64,000 nucleotides of DNA from Yuukianura sp. NJ FZ-2021 (lineage: Eukaryota): positions 8,618,001 through 8,682,000 of the forward strand of contig CM102286.1 in the NCBI GenBank assembly GCA_046563655.1, read 5' to 3'. The translations under genes were made by a program, and so were the position numbers. This document shows positions 24,001 through 35,626 of this stretch, piece after piece; positions within the stretch are counted from its first letter, which is position 1, and each line of letters opens with the position of its first letter. The notes below the pieces were generated by a model, which ran no database searches, was not told where the DNA came from, and saw only the letters and a program-made list of their open reading frames with translations.

Positions 24001-25952
24001 GTCGACACTTCAAAGTTGTTACAGACCACCATTCCCTCTGTAACATGCTCAAATTTAAAGATCCGTATGGACAAATATCCCGTTGGTCCCTAGCCCTCCA
24101 ACCCTACGACTTTACGGTGATACATAGAAACGGAAGAGTTCACACAGACGCGGATCCCCTTTCCCGTAACCCCGTTGACCCAGCCCCATCCGACACTGAC
24201 CATTTAGCGATTGAGCACCATTTGTTGGCGCTCAACGTTTCCCCAGATGCCCCCCGAAGAGTTCGTGACACCAAACTTCGTGAGCTCCAACTTAAAGAGC
24301 CGGATTGGTCACCGATAATCGAATATCTTAAAGCCGAGCAGTCTGGTAAACAACATTCCCTTAAAGAGCCGAAATACGTACGTGAGTATAGCCTACGAAA
24401 TGGTGTCTTATACAGAATTAATTATTCTGAGTTTGGTAACTTGTGGCGTTTAGTTCTTCCTAAGTCCCTTAGAAAATCCACCATGGAATCGGCTCATACA
24501 GACTCCCTAAGTCACCTCGGACTCCACAAAACATGGCATTTACTCCGTTCCCGCTTCTACTGGCCTCGGATGTACCGTGACGTTGTCAAATTCGTCAATT
24601 CGTGTCATGAATGCCAAATCCACAACCGTCGGCACTTTCCCCTTCCCCCAAATAGCGTCGGACTAGACGTTCCCTCCGTCCCCTTCCAATCCCTAGCGCT
24701 GGACTACATTGGCCCCTTTCCCTTAACGGCGAGAAGAAACACGTACATCTTGACCATTGTTGACCTCCACACCCGCTACGTGGAAGCCTGGCCAGTCCCC
24801 GCGGCAACTTCTGCTCACGCCATCAAGGTCCTGACGAAACATGTCCTCTACCGACACGGAGTCCCCAAAATCCTTCTCTCCGATCGTGGTTCGGTTTTCC
24901 AGTCGGAAGAATTCGCTGAGTTCTGTAAGCACCACGCCATTGAACACCGCAGTACGACTTCCTATCATCCCCAGTCAAATGGCGTTTGTGAGCGTCACAA
25001 CGGCACTGTCAAATCCGTCATAGCGAAATTCGTTTCCGACAATCACAAAGATTGGGACCTCCACGTTCCCCGTGCCGTCTTCTCCCTGAATTGTTCCGTC
25101 CACAAAACTACGACTTTCTCTGCGTACTTCCTGGTTTACGGTCGTGAGCCTGTTCTTCCCGTTGACAAGCTCTTCCTTTTGCCCCCTGACGAGTTACCCC
25201 AAGACGATTACTTAGATCGTTTATTTGAGGCAAATAATGTCGCTCATGAGCTGTCTCGAGAACAACAAATCCTTCGTGCCCAAGCCCAAACGCAAGTCCA
25301 CTACCCTAAATACGTCGTCGGGATGAAAGTTCTTGTCAGAAATTTCCAACGGAAAAAGTCCCATGTCAAAAAGTTCACCCGAAAATGGAATGGTCCCTAC
25401 AAAATCCTCGAAGTCTACGCAAACTCCACCGTTCGTATCACTTCCCTTGTCCCCCATAAGCCCTACGAGACAGTTGTCAACATCCAGCGTTTAAAACCCT
25501 ATAAGGCGCGTGAGGAAAGCTCCTCTGCGTCAGCGGAAAGTAGTTCCTCCACTTACGAGTCGTGTGACAGCGATTTTGAGCCCCCTCCCGTCGTTTCCGA
25601 ACCAGCCGTCGCCAGAAATTTCCTGCCCCAAACCCAAATTAAGTTACCCCAACGACAGAACCAATTGCCCCAAAACGACCCCAGTACTTCAAAACCGCCC
25701 CTCCCCCAAAATTCTGACCCTCCCGATAATGTCATTCCCAGTCCCGAATCGCGTTGTGACCACGAAATCCCAATTCCATCGATTGCGCAAGCGCAGGAAC
25801 CCCTGCCTCCTGTTGCTAGCGAAAATCCCATTGTTTGTGCCCCTGCCAACACAAATCCCCCGATTTCTAATCGCCCAAAACGCGCTGCTGCCCCAAAAGC
25901 TACTTTCCGTTTAGCGCGAAAATACCAGCGCAAAGCACATCTGACTGAGTAA
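21039..25952 (+). CDS. pol: Pol polyprotein (protease, RT, RNase H, integrase) in the -1 frame; probable frameshift at GGAAAAC before the gag stop
   Basis: LCDSGAS, WRFCVDFRKLN, YLDD, CDASGLG, VTDHHSL, H-H-C-C zinc finger and DDE core (LDYIGP, SDRGS, GVCERHN). Confidence 0.95.
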   Translation, partial: GKLIALSLQGRQPLPVPSPTMTLPPNNAQLRTKRRKNKQPTFPIYKNLSAFGRKPSSQSPVIPQELYTKLQQALNQKVSCPKCCSHNDRTLPLVVGEASPPSPHDFPAVSRPKSRCVPSDVSVKPVVSVAIGTSDLCVFPPLNPPAVMPPPCPEFSLTSRFGIHPNNVSRVDDWVATASPDADAVSPVFPPQAPMSPDPDSDLPCGVSAANVIAALNAPKYSTFHIDVVFASTTIPVLCDSGASLCCVHPSFLTKFPSVVSNVNNVQPVRVKLSFGSYIPCDSLQSVDIEFSIAGVPFKYPFHIFPHLSNDIVIGSDFLRSERLLLDPLNERLVRGELPCTDLRNEYVLVKKSDFNALHKLSLSDSSDRDGSDPSSSPPEPPVPKPRKVKPKPPKESPKCQPKPQSSSENSDSSHHSTLRDSEASFVDNSNLSQSATSPDFLRLARSYIINPRTMKRVSVRSDTPFTGDILISPRKELQYARHVAIGNSISHLHDGTGVTYLWNLSDRPVKLLQNISIGTYEPFAESSVICNLDEFDPVNNKSSQSSLPAHSICNFVVNDDDDAEITALRLQKRIDAFQISKTLTPEQQAKMKNFLVSNMDVFNFDPKTLGRTHLVTHKIDTGDAPPIRTHPHRTGFTERREIQKEVERLLDLGAITPSDSPWCSPVLLVKKPDNSWRFCVDFRKLNEVTRKDSYPLPRIDDTLDRLNGAKYFSSMDCDQAYYQIEVDPQDREKTSFVTPDGQYEFVVMPFGLCNAPSTWQRLIDNVLGRLKWTVALIYLDDITCFSRTFEEHLDHLSQVFSCLRRAGLSLKPKKCNFGEDSLKFLGHIISRDGISVDPAKTHAVREFPTPKNSRGVRSFVSLCSYYRRFVENFANIARPLHVLCAKTRTDPFTWPPEAEEAFQTLKDKLTSAPVLAFPDEEAETAVHCDASGLGFGATLTQMQDGQERVVAYASRALSPSESKFGTPQLEMKAFVWAVEKFRPYLYGRHFKVVTDHHSLCNMLKFKDPYGQISRWSLALQPYDFTVIHRNGRVHTDADPLSRNPVDPAPSDTDHLAIEHHLLALNVSPDAPRRVRDTKLRELQLKEPDWSPIIEYLKAEQSGKQHSLKEPKYVREYSLRNGVLYRINYSEFGNLWRLVLPKSLRKSTMESAHTDSLSHLGLHKTWHLLRSRFYWPRMYRDVVKFVNSCHECQIHNRRHFPLPPNSVGLDVPSVPFQSLALDYIGPFPLTARRNTYILTIVDLHTRYVEAWPVPAATSAHAIKVLTKHVLYRHGVPKILLSDRGSVFQSEEFAEFCKHHAIEHRSTTSYHPQSNGVCERHNGTVKSVIAKFVSDNHKDWDLHVPRAVFSLNCSVHKTTTFSAYFLVYGREPVLPVDKLFLLPPDELPQDDYLDRLFEANNVAHELSREQQILRAQAQTQVHYPKYVVGMKVLVRNFQRKKSHVKKFTRKWNGPYKILEVYANSTVRITSLVPHKPYETVVNIQRLKPYKAREESSSASAESSSSTYESCDSDFEPPPVVSEPAVARNFLPQTQIKLPQRQNQLPQNDPSTSKPPLPQNSDPPDNVIPSPESRCDHEIPIPSIAQAQEPLPPVASENPIVCAPANTNPPISNRPKRAAAPKATFRLARKYQRKAHLTE

Positions 25953-25986
25953 TTTGTACTCATACTGTTCTTTTATTTATTTTTAG

Positions 25987-27174
25987 ATGGACGAGGAGAT
26001 GGACCTTGGGCCTGAAGAAGGCATCGCTGAAGTTGATCTGGCCAAAGAGGAAGAAGAAGCGTTGCTACGAGCATCTCCACCGCCTACGGATTCGCCTTCT
26101 TCCTCCGATTCGTCTTCGTCATCCTCTCCAGCCACTGTCATCGCCTCTCCAGCTCTTCCAGCACCCGTCGTTGTCGTCTCTCCGCCACTACCAACTCCGT
26201 CTACTTCAACTCCTGCTCAAAATGCTGCTCCGACGCCAATGGACGCTGCCGATGTTGATTGGGATTCTCCTGCCCCTCCGAAGACTCCCCCCAAGACCCC
26301 CCAAATACTTCCCCATTATTCTACCCCAGCACACGGTTCCCTTCGTAGCCTCCAAGAGATGGTTTCTGCCCCACCCTCATCTTCTGTAACCCCAAAGCTC
26401 CGATCTGTTGTCGTTGTTCCCCCCAAATCCTGTTTGAACCCCAATTCCCGTCCCAGCGGCTCAAAAACCGTTCCCACTTCAATTCTTAAGAGAGGTGCGG
26501 CCACTAAAGTTCCCTCCCTTATGGATTTGAAATTCCCTGATGGCCCACCAAAACTCCCCAAAGCTGGATCTTCCAGTTCCCGCCCCACTCCATACCCCCC
26601 ACGTCCACTCAACCCACCAATTCGTCCACTTGTCCCACCAATTCGCCCACAACCACTTTTCCCACCAATTCCGTCTTCCTCTGGTTCAATTCCCCCAATT
26701 CCTTCCACATCTCGTTCCATTCCTGCCCAAGCTACTTCAGTTCCCACCCCCACTACAGTCACTTCCTCTAATTCGGCTTCTGCCTCCGTTTCTCCCATGC
26801 TATCTGTCACTTCCCAAGTACTTTCCCCAAATTCCGGCACTTCCATCACCATTTCCTCGCCCCATAACCTCTCCACACTTTTGCCCTCAAATTTCCCTGG
26901 TTATGGACTCCTGTACACCCTAATCCCCACTGGAGTTACTTCCGTTACTGTCACTTTTGGCAGTACTCCCCAAAATTCCACTTCCCCCCAATTGGTTTCA
27001 CCCCCCGTTCCAGCACTAGCCCCAGCACAAGCCACAGCTCCAGTCCCAATTCCTCCTCCACCCCAAAATCCACCTCCGATGCCCCCTCCACCACCCCGCC
27101 ATCAGCGTCGAGCTCAATTCTGGGCTTCGAGCTCCCAAAACCCGAACCGTCACCCCCAAAATCCCCCCAAGTAG
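25987..27174 (+). CDS. 395-aa acidic then Pro/Ser/Thr-rich ORF3 in the env position (not Env)
   Basis: Intact ORF between pol and the 3' LTR; polypyrimidine tract and AG directly before the ATG; no signal peptide or TM helix evident. Confidence 0.75.
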   Translation: MDEEMDLGPEEGIAEVDLAKEEEEALLRASPPPTDSPSSSDSSSSSSPATVIASPALPAPVVVVSPPLPTPSTSTPAQNAAPTPMDAADVDWDSPAPPKTPPKTPQILPHYSTPAHGSLRSLQEMVSAPPSSSVTPKLRSVVVVPPKSCLNPNSRPSGSKTVPTSILKRGAATKVPSLMDLKFPDGPPKLPKAGSSSSRPTPYPPRPLNPPIRPLVPPIRPQPLFPPIPSSSGSIPPIPSTSRSIPAQATSVPTPTTVTSSNSASASVSPMLSVTSQVLSPNSGTSITISSPHNLSTLLPSNFPGYGLLYTLIPTGVTSVTVTFGSTPQNSTSPQLVSPPVPALAPAQATAPVPIPPPPQNPPPMPPPPPRHQRRAQFWASSSQNPNRHPQNPPK

Positions 27175-27239
27175 AGCCTCTGTCCCGCTGCCAGTCACCC
27201 GTGTGATGTCGCCGGGTCGGCTGACAGTCGTTGGGGACA

Positions 27240-27860
27240 TGTGAGGAGGTTACTCCCTCTCCCGTCCGAAAATCATTTCTTTTTAGTCTTGGTTTCTAAT
27301 GAAACCAAGACTCCTCCCCAAGTCCAGTATTTTCCCCCACTAGCCCTTGCCATGCTCCTGCAAAGGAACATGACAAGGCGTTTTTCCCACTACGCCGTGT
27401 GTTTTCCCCATTGCCGAATCCCCCAAACCACCTTCGAGAAGATTCGAGAACTTTCTGCCTGTGAACAGGCAGAAGCCCAATCCCACTTCCTCCTGGCAGT
27501 CTCCCTCCAGTCACCGAGCCGTGCAGTCCACGACTCAGCTCTCTCCACCGGCAGCCATACTTCTTTTTGGTCAGTGGACCACGCCGTGACCCCAACCATC
27601 ACTGGACAAGACCCACCAAGCACTGTACAAGACCCACCAAGCACTGGACAAGACTCACCAAGCACTGGACCCTCTCTCACCATACTGGTTTATCGTTTTT
27701 TTCAATTATTTTCGTTAAAATAAAGTTTTCCTCTTGTTTTCCCCATTATCCGCCCCTTTGTCACCGATTTATTTGTGTCCAGGTCACTCTGGTGACCTGT
27801 CCTTGACCTCTCATTCCGGGTGCCCTTTGTGGCGGCCCGTGAGGAGCCTACCTCCTCATA
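27240..27860 (+). repeat. Gypsy 3' LTR
   Basis: Identical by eye to 17060-17680. Confidence 0.97.
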
Positions 27861-30611
27861 ATGAGACGTGGAATGGGCGTTCAAGTGAACATTCTATCTA
27901 CAAAACCGCTAACTAACACAACAGTAAACTATGTTCTGTGGAGTGGCAAAGAAATAGTTGGATTTCGTACTGAACTGGCGATTAATAATGGTCGAATCAG
28001 CGTTTATCTTCCGCCCGAAGCGAGGTATTCCCAACTGAAGCTCATTGTCTACGCTCACATCAAAACAGGAGAAAATTCAAGCAAGTGAGTTGAATGACGA
28101 AATTGTTGGAGAGATTTTTAGACAATCGCAGGAATCCCTCCGCTTCTCGCAAAGTTTTTCTCTCAAATTGCGCTAACCTCTTTCAAATCTGTGCAGTATA
28201 ATAATAATTGTATAATTATAAATGGAATTGTAGGATTATTTCCGGTGCTGTCACAATTCCAACTCAAAATTACATTAAGATGACCCTTGGAGACACACAG
28301 GTTAAACCCGGAACAAATCAGCCGATTAAGTTTGAAACTCATCCTGGATCAACAATTGCCATTCGCGGAGTGCACCAGTCGCTACTGCTGTTGTCCAGGG
28401 ACAAGTTTGTCAACGACATTTCCCCAAGTGATGTACCTTTTAATCCATTCTACCATGCATACACAGAACAAGACAGCTACTCTGATTTTGAAGGGAATGA
28501 TTTACTTTTACTAACAAACTCAAACACCACACATAGAAGAAGGACAAGGCAAGCTGCATTTTATGACTATCGCCCTACTGTGTCGGACTACACTTACTAT
28601 GATGGACATATTCGCACAAACCCAAATTTTGCTGAAACATCGGTTTGGAATCAAATATTCGCCAGGGGTTTTGTAACGGATTTTTCCGTAGATGTTCCAG
28701 TGGTACCAGACACAGTCAGCTCTTGGTTTGTAACAGCTATGTCACTCAATGCAAACAGCGGAGTGGCGGTAACTGAAATGCCATCATTGCTAACAGTTTT
28801 CAGACCATTTTTTATCACTTTGAATCTACCTAATTCCGTAATGTTGGGAGAACTGTTTGAACTTCAAGTCATCATTCACAACTATTTGGACGACCTTATT
28901 CTAGTCAAAGTGACATTCCACAATGAAGGTAATATTCAATTCGTTGATTCAAGGGAGAGAGAAATGGAGAACGTTGTCAGAACCGAGCTGGTAGAAAAAG
29001 CTAATGTAGGCCATGTAAGGTGAGTGAATATCCTTGTGCGTAGTTGCAAACACACGGTTTTTGATTCAGATTTTTAACAACGTTTTTTGTTGCAGTTTTG
29101 TAATTATGCCACTTGTTTCCGGGCTAATCCCATTGAGAATTCAAGCTGTCACTGCAGCGGCAGGAGACGCCATTATGCATCCACTTCGCGTTGAAGTCCC
29201 AGGGGCAACGAAATTTAATTTCGTCGACTGGAGACTGTACGTCGGCAAAAGCGAAACTCATTCCGAGAAATACACGATCCAGCGCAAAGGCACAAGCCGC
29301 GACACGCGACATAAGTTGGAATTATCTGCAGGTCCGATGTCCGCCAGTTCAATTATACCTGCTAAAAAGCTTAACGTTTCTGGCCTAATTCTGCTGCCAC
29401 GAGGAGGTAGTGGAGAGCAGGGTATGTACTCCTTTGCGCGAAATATAATGGCACTTGACTGGCAAGCAGTTAATGGCATACAGAATCGGGAAATGGAGAC
29501 TAAAGCCAAAAAGAACTTAGCAGTGGGTTATCAACACCAAATGCAGTATTACCAACCGGACGGAAGTTTTCGCTATTGGATTGATGAAGTCTACAAGAAG
29601 CCAACAGCTGACGTGACTTGGCTTACAGCCTACGTCTTACGATGTCTGGCTGGAGCAGCAAAGTACATTACCGTTGACCACGATGTCTTAATTAATGGTC
29701 TAAAATTCCTCGTTGGGCAACAGAATGCTAATACCGGTCAATTCGTTGAGACCGAGTCTTCTGTCGGTGGATACTGGGCTGTTAGGGGAGTTCAAGATAC
29801 ACAGTCAATCAATTATGCCATTACAGCTTACGTTACGCTGTCCATCATTGAAGTCAATTCCTCCATTTCAAGTAGCATCAGTCGAACAGGCAAACTTCGA
29901 TTTCACAATGCCAAAACACTGAGCCTTCGGTTTTTATCCACGGAAAATAGCTTGATGGATTCGGATCTCTACAACTTAATCTTAGTAACCACCACACTCG
30001 CAGCCGCTAACCATACCAGTAGTAGTCTGTTCTATGACAAAATGAATGCTGCAGCAAAGACTAAGGACAATGGAAATCTCAAATTGTGGGAAATGAGCCC
30101 AGAGACAACCCCAAGTTCAGTGACAATAGAGATGACTGCTTATGCTCTACTTGCTAATTTGTGGATGAATAGAGACACTGCAGCGAATAGTTTGCCGATA
30201 GTTCGGTGGCTATTGGAACAAAAGAAAGAAAATGGTGCATTTTACTCGACGCAAAGTTCGGTTGTAGCTTTCACAGCTCTTTGCAAGTATGTTCAAATGA
30301 CAACATCGGGAGATTCAGATCGTGTATCCATTGACGTGTTGAACAACGGCGAACTCCTTGGGACAGTCGTACTAAATAAAACAAATTGGGTAACACCCAT
30401 GGAATTCTTGTTGCCACCAGATTTAGAAGACGATGAGTTGACGGTTTTCGTCAGAGGAAAGGGAAAACTTTTCATTGGATACACCGAAATAAATTACATT
30501 CAGAACATCCAAAACACAACCAACCTCTACGACATTACAGGCGAGGTAATTTGCATCTTCGTAAAAAACCAAAAAACAATGCTCTGGGGGTTATAAATTT
30601 GAAGGAGTAAC

Positions 30612-32285
30612 CTGGGTGCCAGGGTTGGTTTTCCCACGTGGGCAATTTGTGGAAAACCCCAGAAAACCGAGTGCCGGAAAAAAATTGGCAGGCAATAGTT
30701 TAAATGATGTGAATTAGGTGTGGGAAATTTAATTTGAATGGGTTAGGTTTCTCAAACTATGACACACACAGTAGAAGAAAAATTGAAATTTGGAGACAAC
30801 ACTTTAAATGCAGTTGAGATGGGATTCTCCATGAAACCAAGTGGTGAGTAAGTGATATCGATAACGTGAATATTTCCTCCTGAATATTCAGCTTCAAAAT
30901 GCCCCTTTTCGATTTGTAATTTATTCACCGCTTAATAGGTGCAAAAATGGTGAATCCGCTTATGCAGTGCAGTTCTGTTGCATACTTTCCGTACGAAAAC
31001 TCTACCACATTCCCAATGCTTAATATGTGATGTTTTAGACGCACAGCATAAAATTAGTTAAACTCTACAAAAAATTCACTCATAAGATACTTTATTCACA
31101 TAAATATTATCCTAAATATTGTTTACTAAATTTACTAAATCACTAACCAACTAAATGATTTATGCTGGATTAGTGGTCTCACAGCTGGTTTCATAGCTCA
31201 AGCGTGGCTAGGGTCGGTCCTGAGTTGATTGATTCTTTGACTGCGATATCTATCTAGAAAATCAAATTTTAAAAATTAGCACAGATTTGGTTAGGGTGTA
31301 TCTTATATCTGTAAACTAACCTGTCAAAGTATGAAAGACTTACCTGGTGCAATGTGTATTCCAATGTTCAGTTGACAGCCGGGTAGAAGCCAACCGTAAA
31401 CAGTTTTCAAATTTAAAGTAGATTGGATAAATTGTAAATTAGTAGTCCAGTTGAACACTTTACATCACCTGATAATCTTAAATTACTGAATGTGCATGGT
31501 GCAATCCCACCATGTGCTACCGGAATTATGATTGATTTCGATACATAAAACGTATCAGTTTTTAATGTGGAGGAAAAGCGATGATTTTTACGCACCTCCA
31601 ACTCACTGCTCAAACAGTGTATCAAATTTTGCAGTATTTATGTACAACTTTCGCGATTTTTTCGGTGTAAAGATTTTGTGCTGCAGTTGCGGTGCTACAT
31701 ATGTAAAACCTTCATAATTATTTCGGTGCACCGATTTAGTGCTGCCGTTACGGCGCTGCATATGTACACAAATCCTGCATGACATTGTATTTGTCTAGCA
31801 GTAAGCACTTAAAATGTAAATAACCACTACCTAGGTATGGACAGCGATGCTTTATTCACGATTTTTTTACCTAAAATTTTCAAATATTCACGAAATATCA
31901 CTTCTGGTTTCATTGGCTCTGTCTCCAAATGAACACTTTTCCCATTGTTCATGGGCCGTTACGCCGCCTCAAAACTTATTGAACAGAAAGTGGCTGGAAT
32001 GTGGCTCAATTGAAACTGTTCCGAAACCCTTATAACCTCATTTTCATTACAACCTACCCAACACATTATCTTCCATTTAAATTAATTATTTAGTTATTGT
32101 GAATTATATATGAATATATGAATTAAATGCAAGCCAACTGATTTATAAAAGGTTTGAAGGTATAGTATACAAGGATGGAGCCTCACGTATTTTGCCCCTT
32201 ATTACCCGTCTTTTCCCGGAAAAGAATGGGGCTTTCCATTGCCCGAGAACAGTAATGGTATTACCCGGACAATTCCGGAACCCTG
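30612..32285 (-). mobile_element. Decayed hAT transposon in the last TEP intron
   Basis: Termini CTGGGTGCC / GGAACCCTG (CAGGGTTCC-type); near-TSD GGAGTAAC / AGAGTAAC; BED-finger-like remnant SCRICVHMQRRNGSTKSVHR on the minus strand. Confidence 0.6.
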
Positions 32286-33153
32286 AGAGTAACTATTATG
32301 AAACTCTAACAGACAGTTACTTCCTACAGCTGACGCGATTTGGTTATTCTTAAATGGAAAATAAAATTTCAATTGAATTTTTGTTAACAAACTTCGAAGA
32401 AAACATTACATTTATAAAATGATTTTTTTTACATTTGTTTTCAGTGGAAAGAAATTGATGATCCAGACTATGAGGCCATGTCTCGCTTAAAATTTTGTCT
32501 GCAACTGCGAAATAATTCGTATCCTGCATCTCACAATCAAGAAATTTATGCAGAAATCAAACTCCCGACCGGGTTTGCATTTGAACAAGATGTACTGGGG
32601 ATTGTAGAAAAAATTCTGAACGAACCATGGAATACTGTTCGACTAATCGAACTGAAGGAAAGGGATACCAGGGCCATTATTTACTACCACCACTTGAATG
32701 CACCCAAACAGTGTATGTATTTACCTATACACAGATACATCGACTCGACTACTCGTCATCCGGGAACTATTCGCGTAACGGACTTCTACAAGCCACAACT
32801 CAGTGACATCTCCATTATTTATCCAGATAGAATCTTGACGGCTTGCGACCTTTGCCTTTCGACCAATGCTTGTGATATTGTTTCTGGCTGTGTCTCAACC
32901 AACCATACTGGAAAATAAGTTTCTTTCTTCAAGTTCCGGCTTGCTCCACAATACCCCATTTCCTTGCCAGTGCGCGAGTTAACTAATATAAATTTATTTC
33001 CACTCATCGTTAACACTAAATAACGTTAAGGTTGTTTAATTCATAATAGTATTGCCTGTATTCATGAAAAACTGAGTTCATAAATACAAATACAAATAGA
33101 ACAAAGACCGAGGCCGCGTAAGGCCAAGAGCCTACATAGGTTTGAAAATTCTT

Positions 33154-34585
<1,432 letters not shown>

Positions 34586-35205
34586 CTGAAAATCCACAAA
34601 ATCAGTCTCACTTGACCCCAATTCCTTTCAAAAATTTTGCATTTGTTCAGTTTTCTCACGATCTTACGATAGCCCAGGTGAGTTTGAGTTTATTTCACTG
34701 CAAGTACCCGGCATGCAGGGCATTACACTTGAGTTTAAGTTGAGAAAAGATGTAAACTTTAGTTAATTAGTAGGTCAATGAAAACAAATATTGAAAAACA
34801 TGAGGCAATTTAAAAATAGTTACATTGGTAAAATTAAGATTAAAAGTTAAAATTATTTCACACAAAAGAATTGCTTAGGGTCGAGTCAAGACAGGACATA
34901 TTTGCTAGGTTTGAACTTTTTGTCGGTAGGGCGCAGATTATTTTAGCAATTGTAGGAATAAATGACTTTGAATAGAAACGTTTCTCATTCACACAAACGT
35001 AGGATCCGCTTCGTGTGGATTTTGTTTGTCTTAGGCAGTTTTCATTCTGTAAGGTGGTCTCCTGGAAGTATGGAACTTGGTAAAACTTCAACTTGGCAAA
35101 GACTTGAACCAGTTCAAAAAGATTGAGATGACTGGCCAGTAACCATTCAAGTTCATTGTTTAGTTTCTCCATAACGAGTGAGATCGGAGATCGGCGAGTA
35201 GAGGT

Positions 35206-35625
35206 ACTTGTGTAATCATAATTCGGTGGAAAAACTTGATTCTACGCAAAGACTGATATGAAATTGGTCGCGTTGTCGCTTCAAACTTTCAGCTGAAAAA
35301 TTTGACTGCATTAAAGAGCTGTGGAGGCTCATGGGTAGGCTGAAAAATTTATATTTTGTAGCGGTATAATAGAGGTTTGGTATCAATGTTTTTATCGTTG
35401 TAGTTTCACTCTAACTTTAGTATGCAACTCCCCATTGGTTACTTGTGTAATGATAATTCGGTGGAAAAACTTGGTTGTACGCAAAGCTTGATATGAAATT
35501 GGTCGCGTTGTCGCTTCAAACCTTCAGCTGAAAAATTTCACTGCATTAAAGAGCTGTGGAGGCTCATGGGTAGGCTGAAAAATTTATATTTTGTAGCGGT
35601 ATAACAGAGGTTTGGTATCAAAGGT
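35206..35625. repeat. Two-copy direct repeat with about 234-bp period
   Basis: TACTTGTGTAAT...GGTTTGGTATCAA at about 35206 and 35440. Confidence 0.8.
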
Positions 35626-35626
35626 T

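Larger units (their letters stand above)
17060..27860 (+). mobile_element. Full-length young Ty3/Gypsy LTR retrotransposon (10,801 bp) with accessory ORFs
   Basis: Two 621-bp LTRs identical by eye; TSD ATGA (17056-17059, 27861-27864); intact gag and pol in PR-RT-RH-IN order. Confidence 0.97.
14969..32918 (+). pseudogene. Thioester-containing protein (TEP / alpha-2-macroglobulin / CD109 family), disrupted. Exons 14969-15037, 15289-15762, 15850-15973, 16280-17059 + 27865-28084, 28234-29019, 29096-30545, 32445-32918
   Basis: Signal peptide MEFKAVFWLIIFMSGSIQAG; QLDKPAYKP, YAMPKFE, furin-type RRRTR, FAETSVW, PDTVSSW, VFRPFFITLNLP, WLTAYV, IEMTAYALL, GAFYSTQ, receptor-binding domain and C-terminal CDLC; GT-AG junctions in phase; in-frame TAG at 16951-16953 and LTR insertion in exon 4. 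Confidence 0.9.

Noticed and set aside
25949..25986. 38-nt GT-AG intron that might fuse pol to ORF3
   Set aside because: Very short, and the join would be out of frame with ORF3
20623..26876. Antisense and alternate-frame ORFs over gag, pol and ORF3
   Set aside because: Expected shadows of C-rich coding sequence
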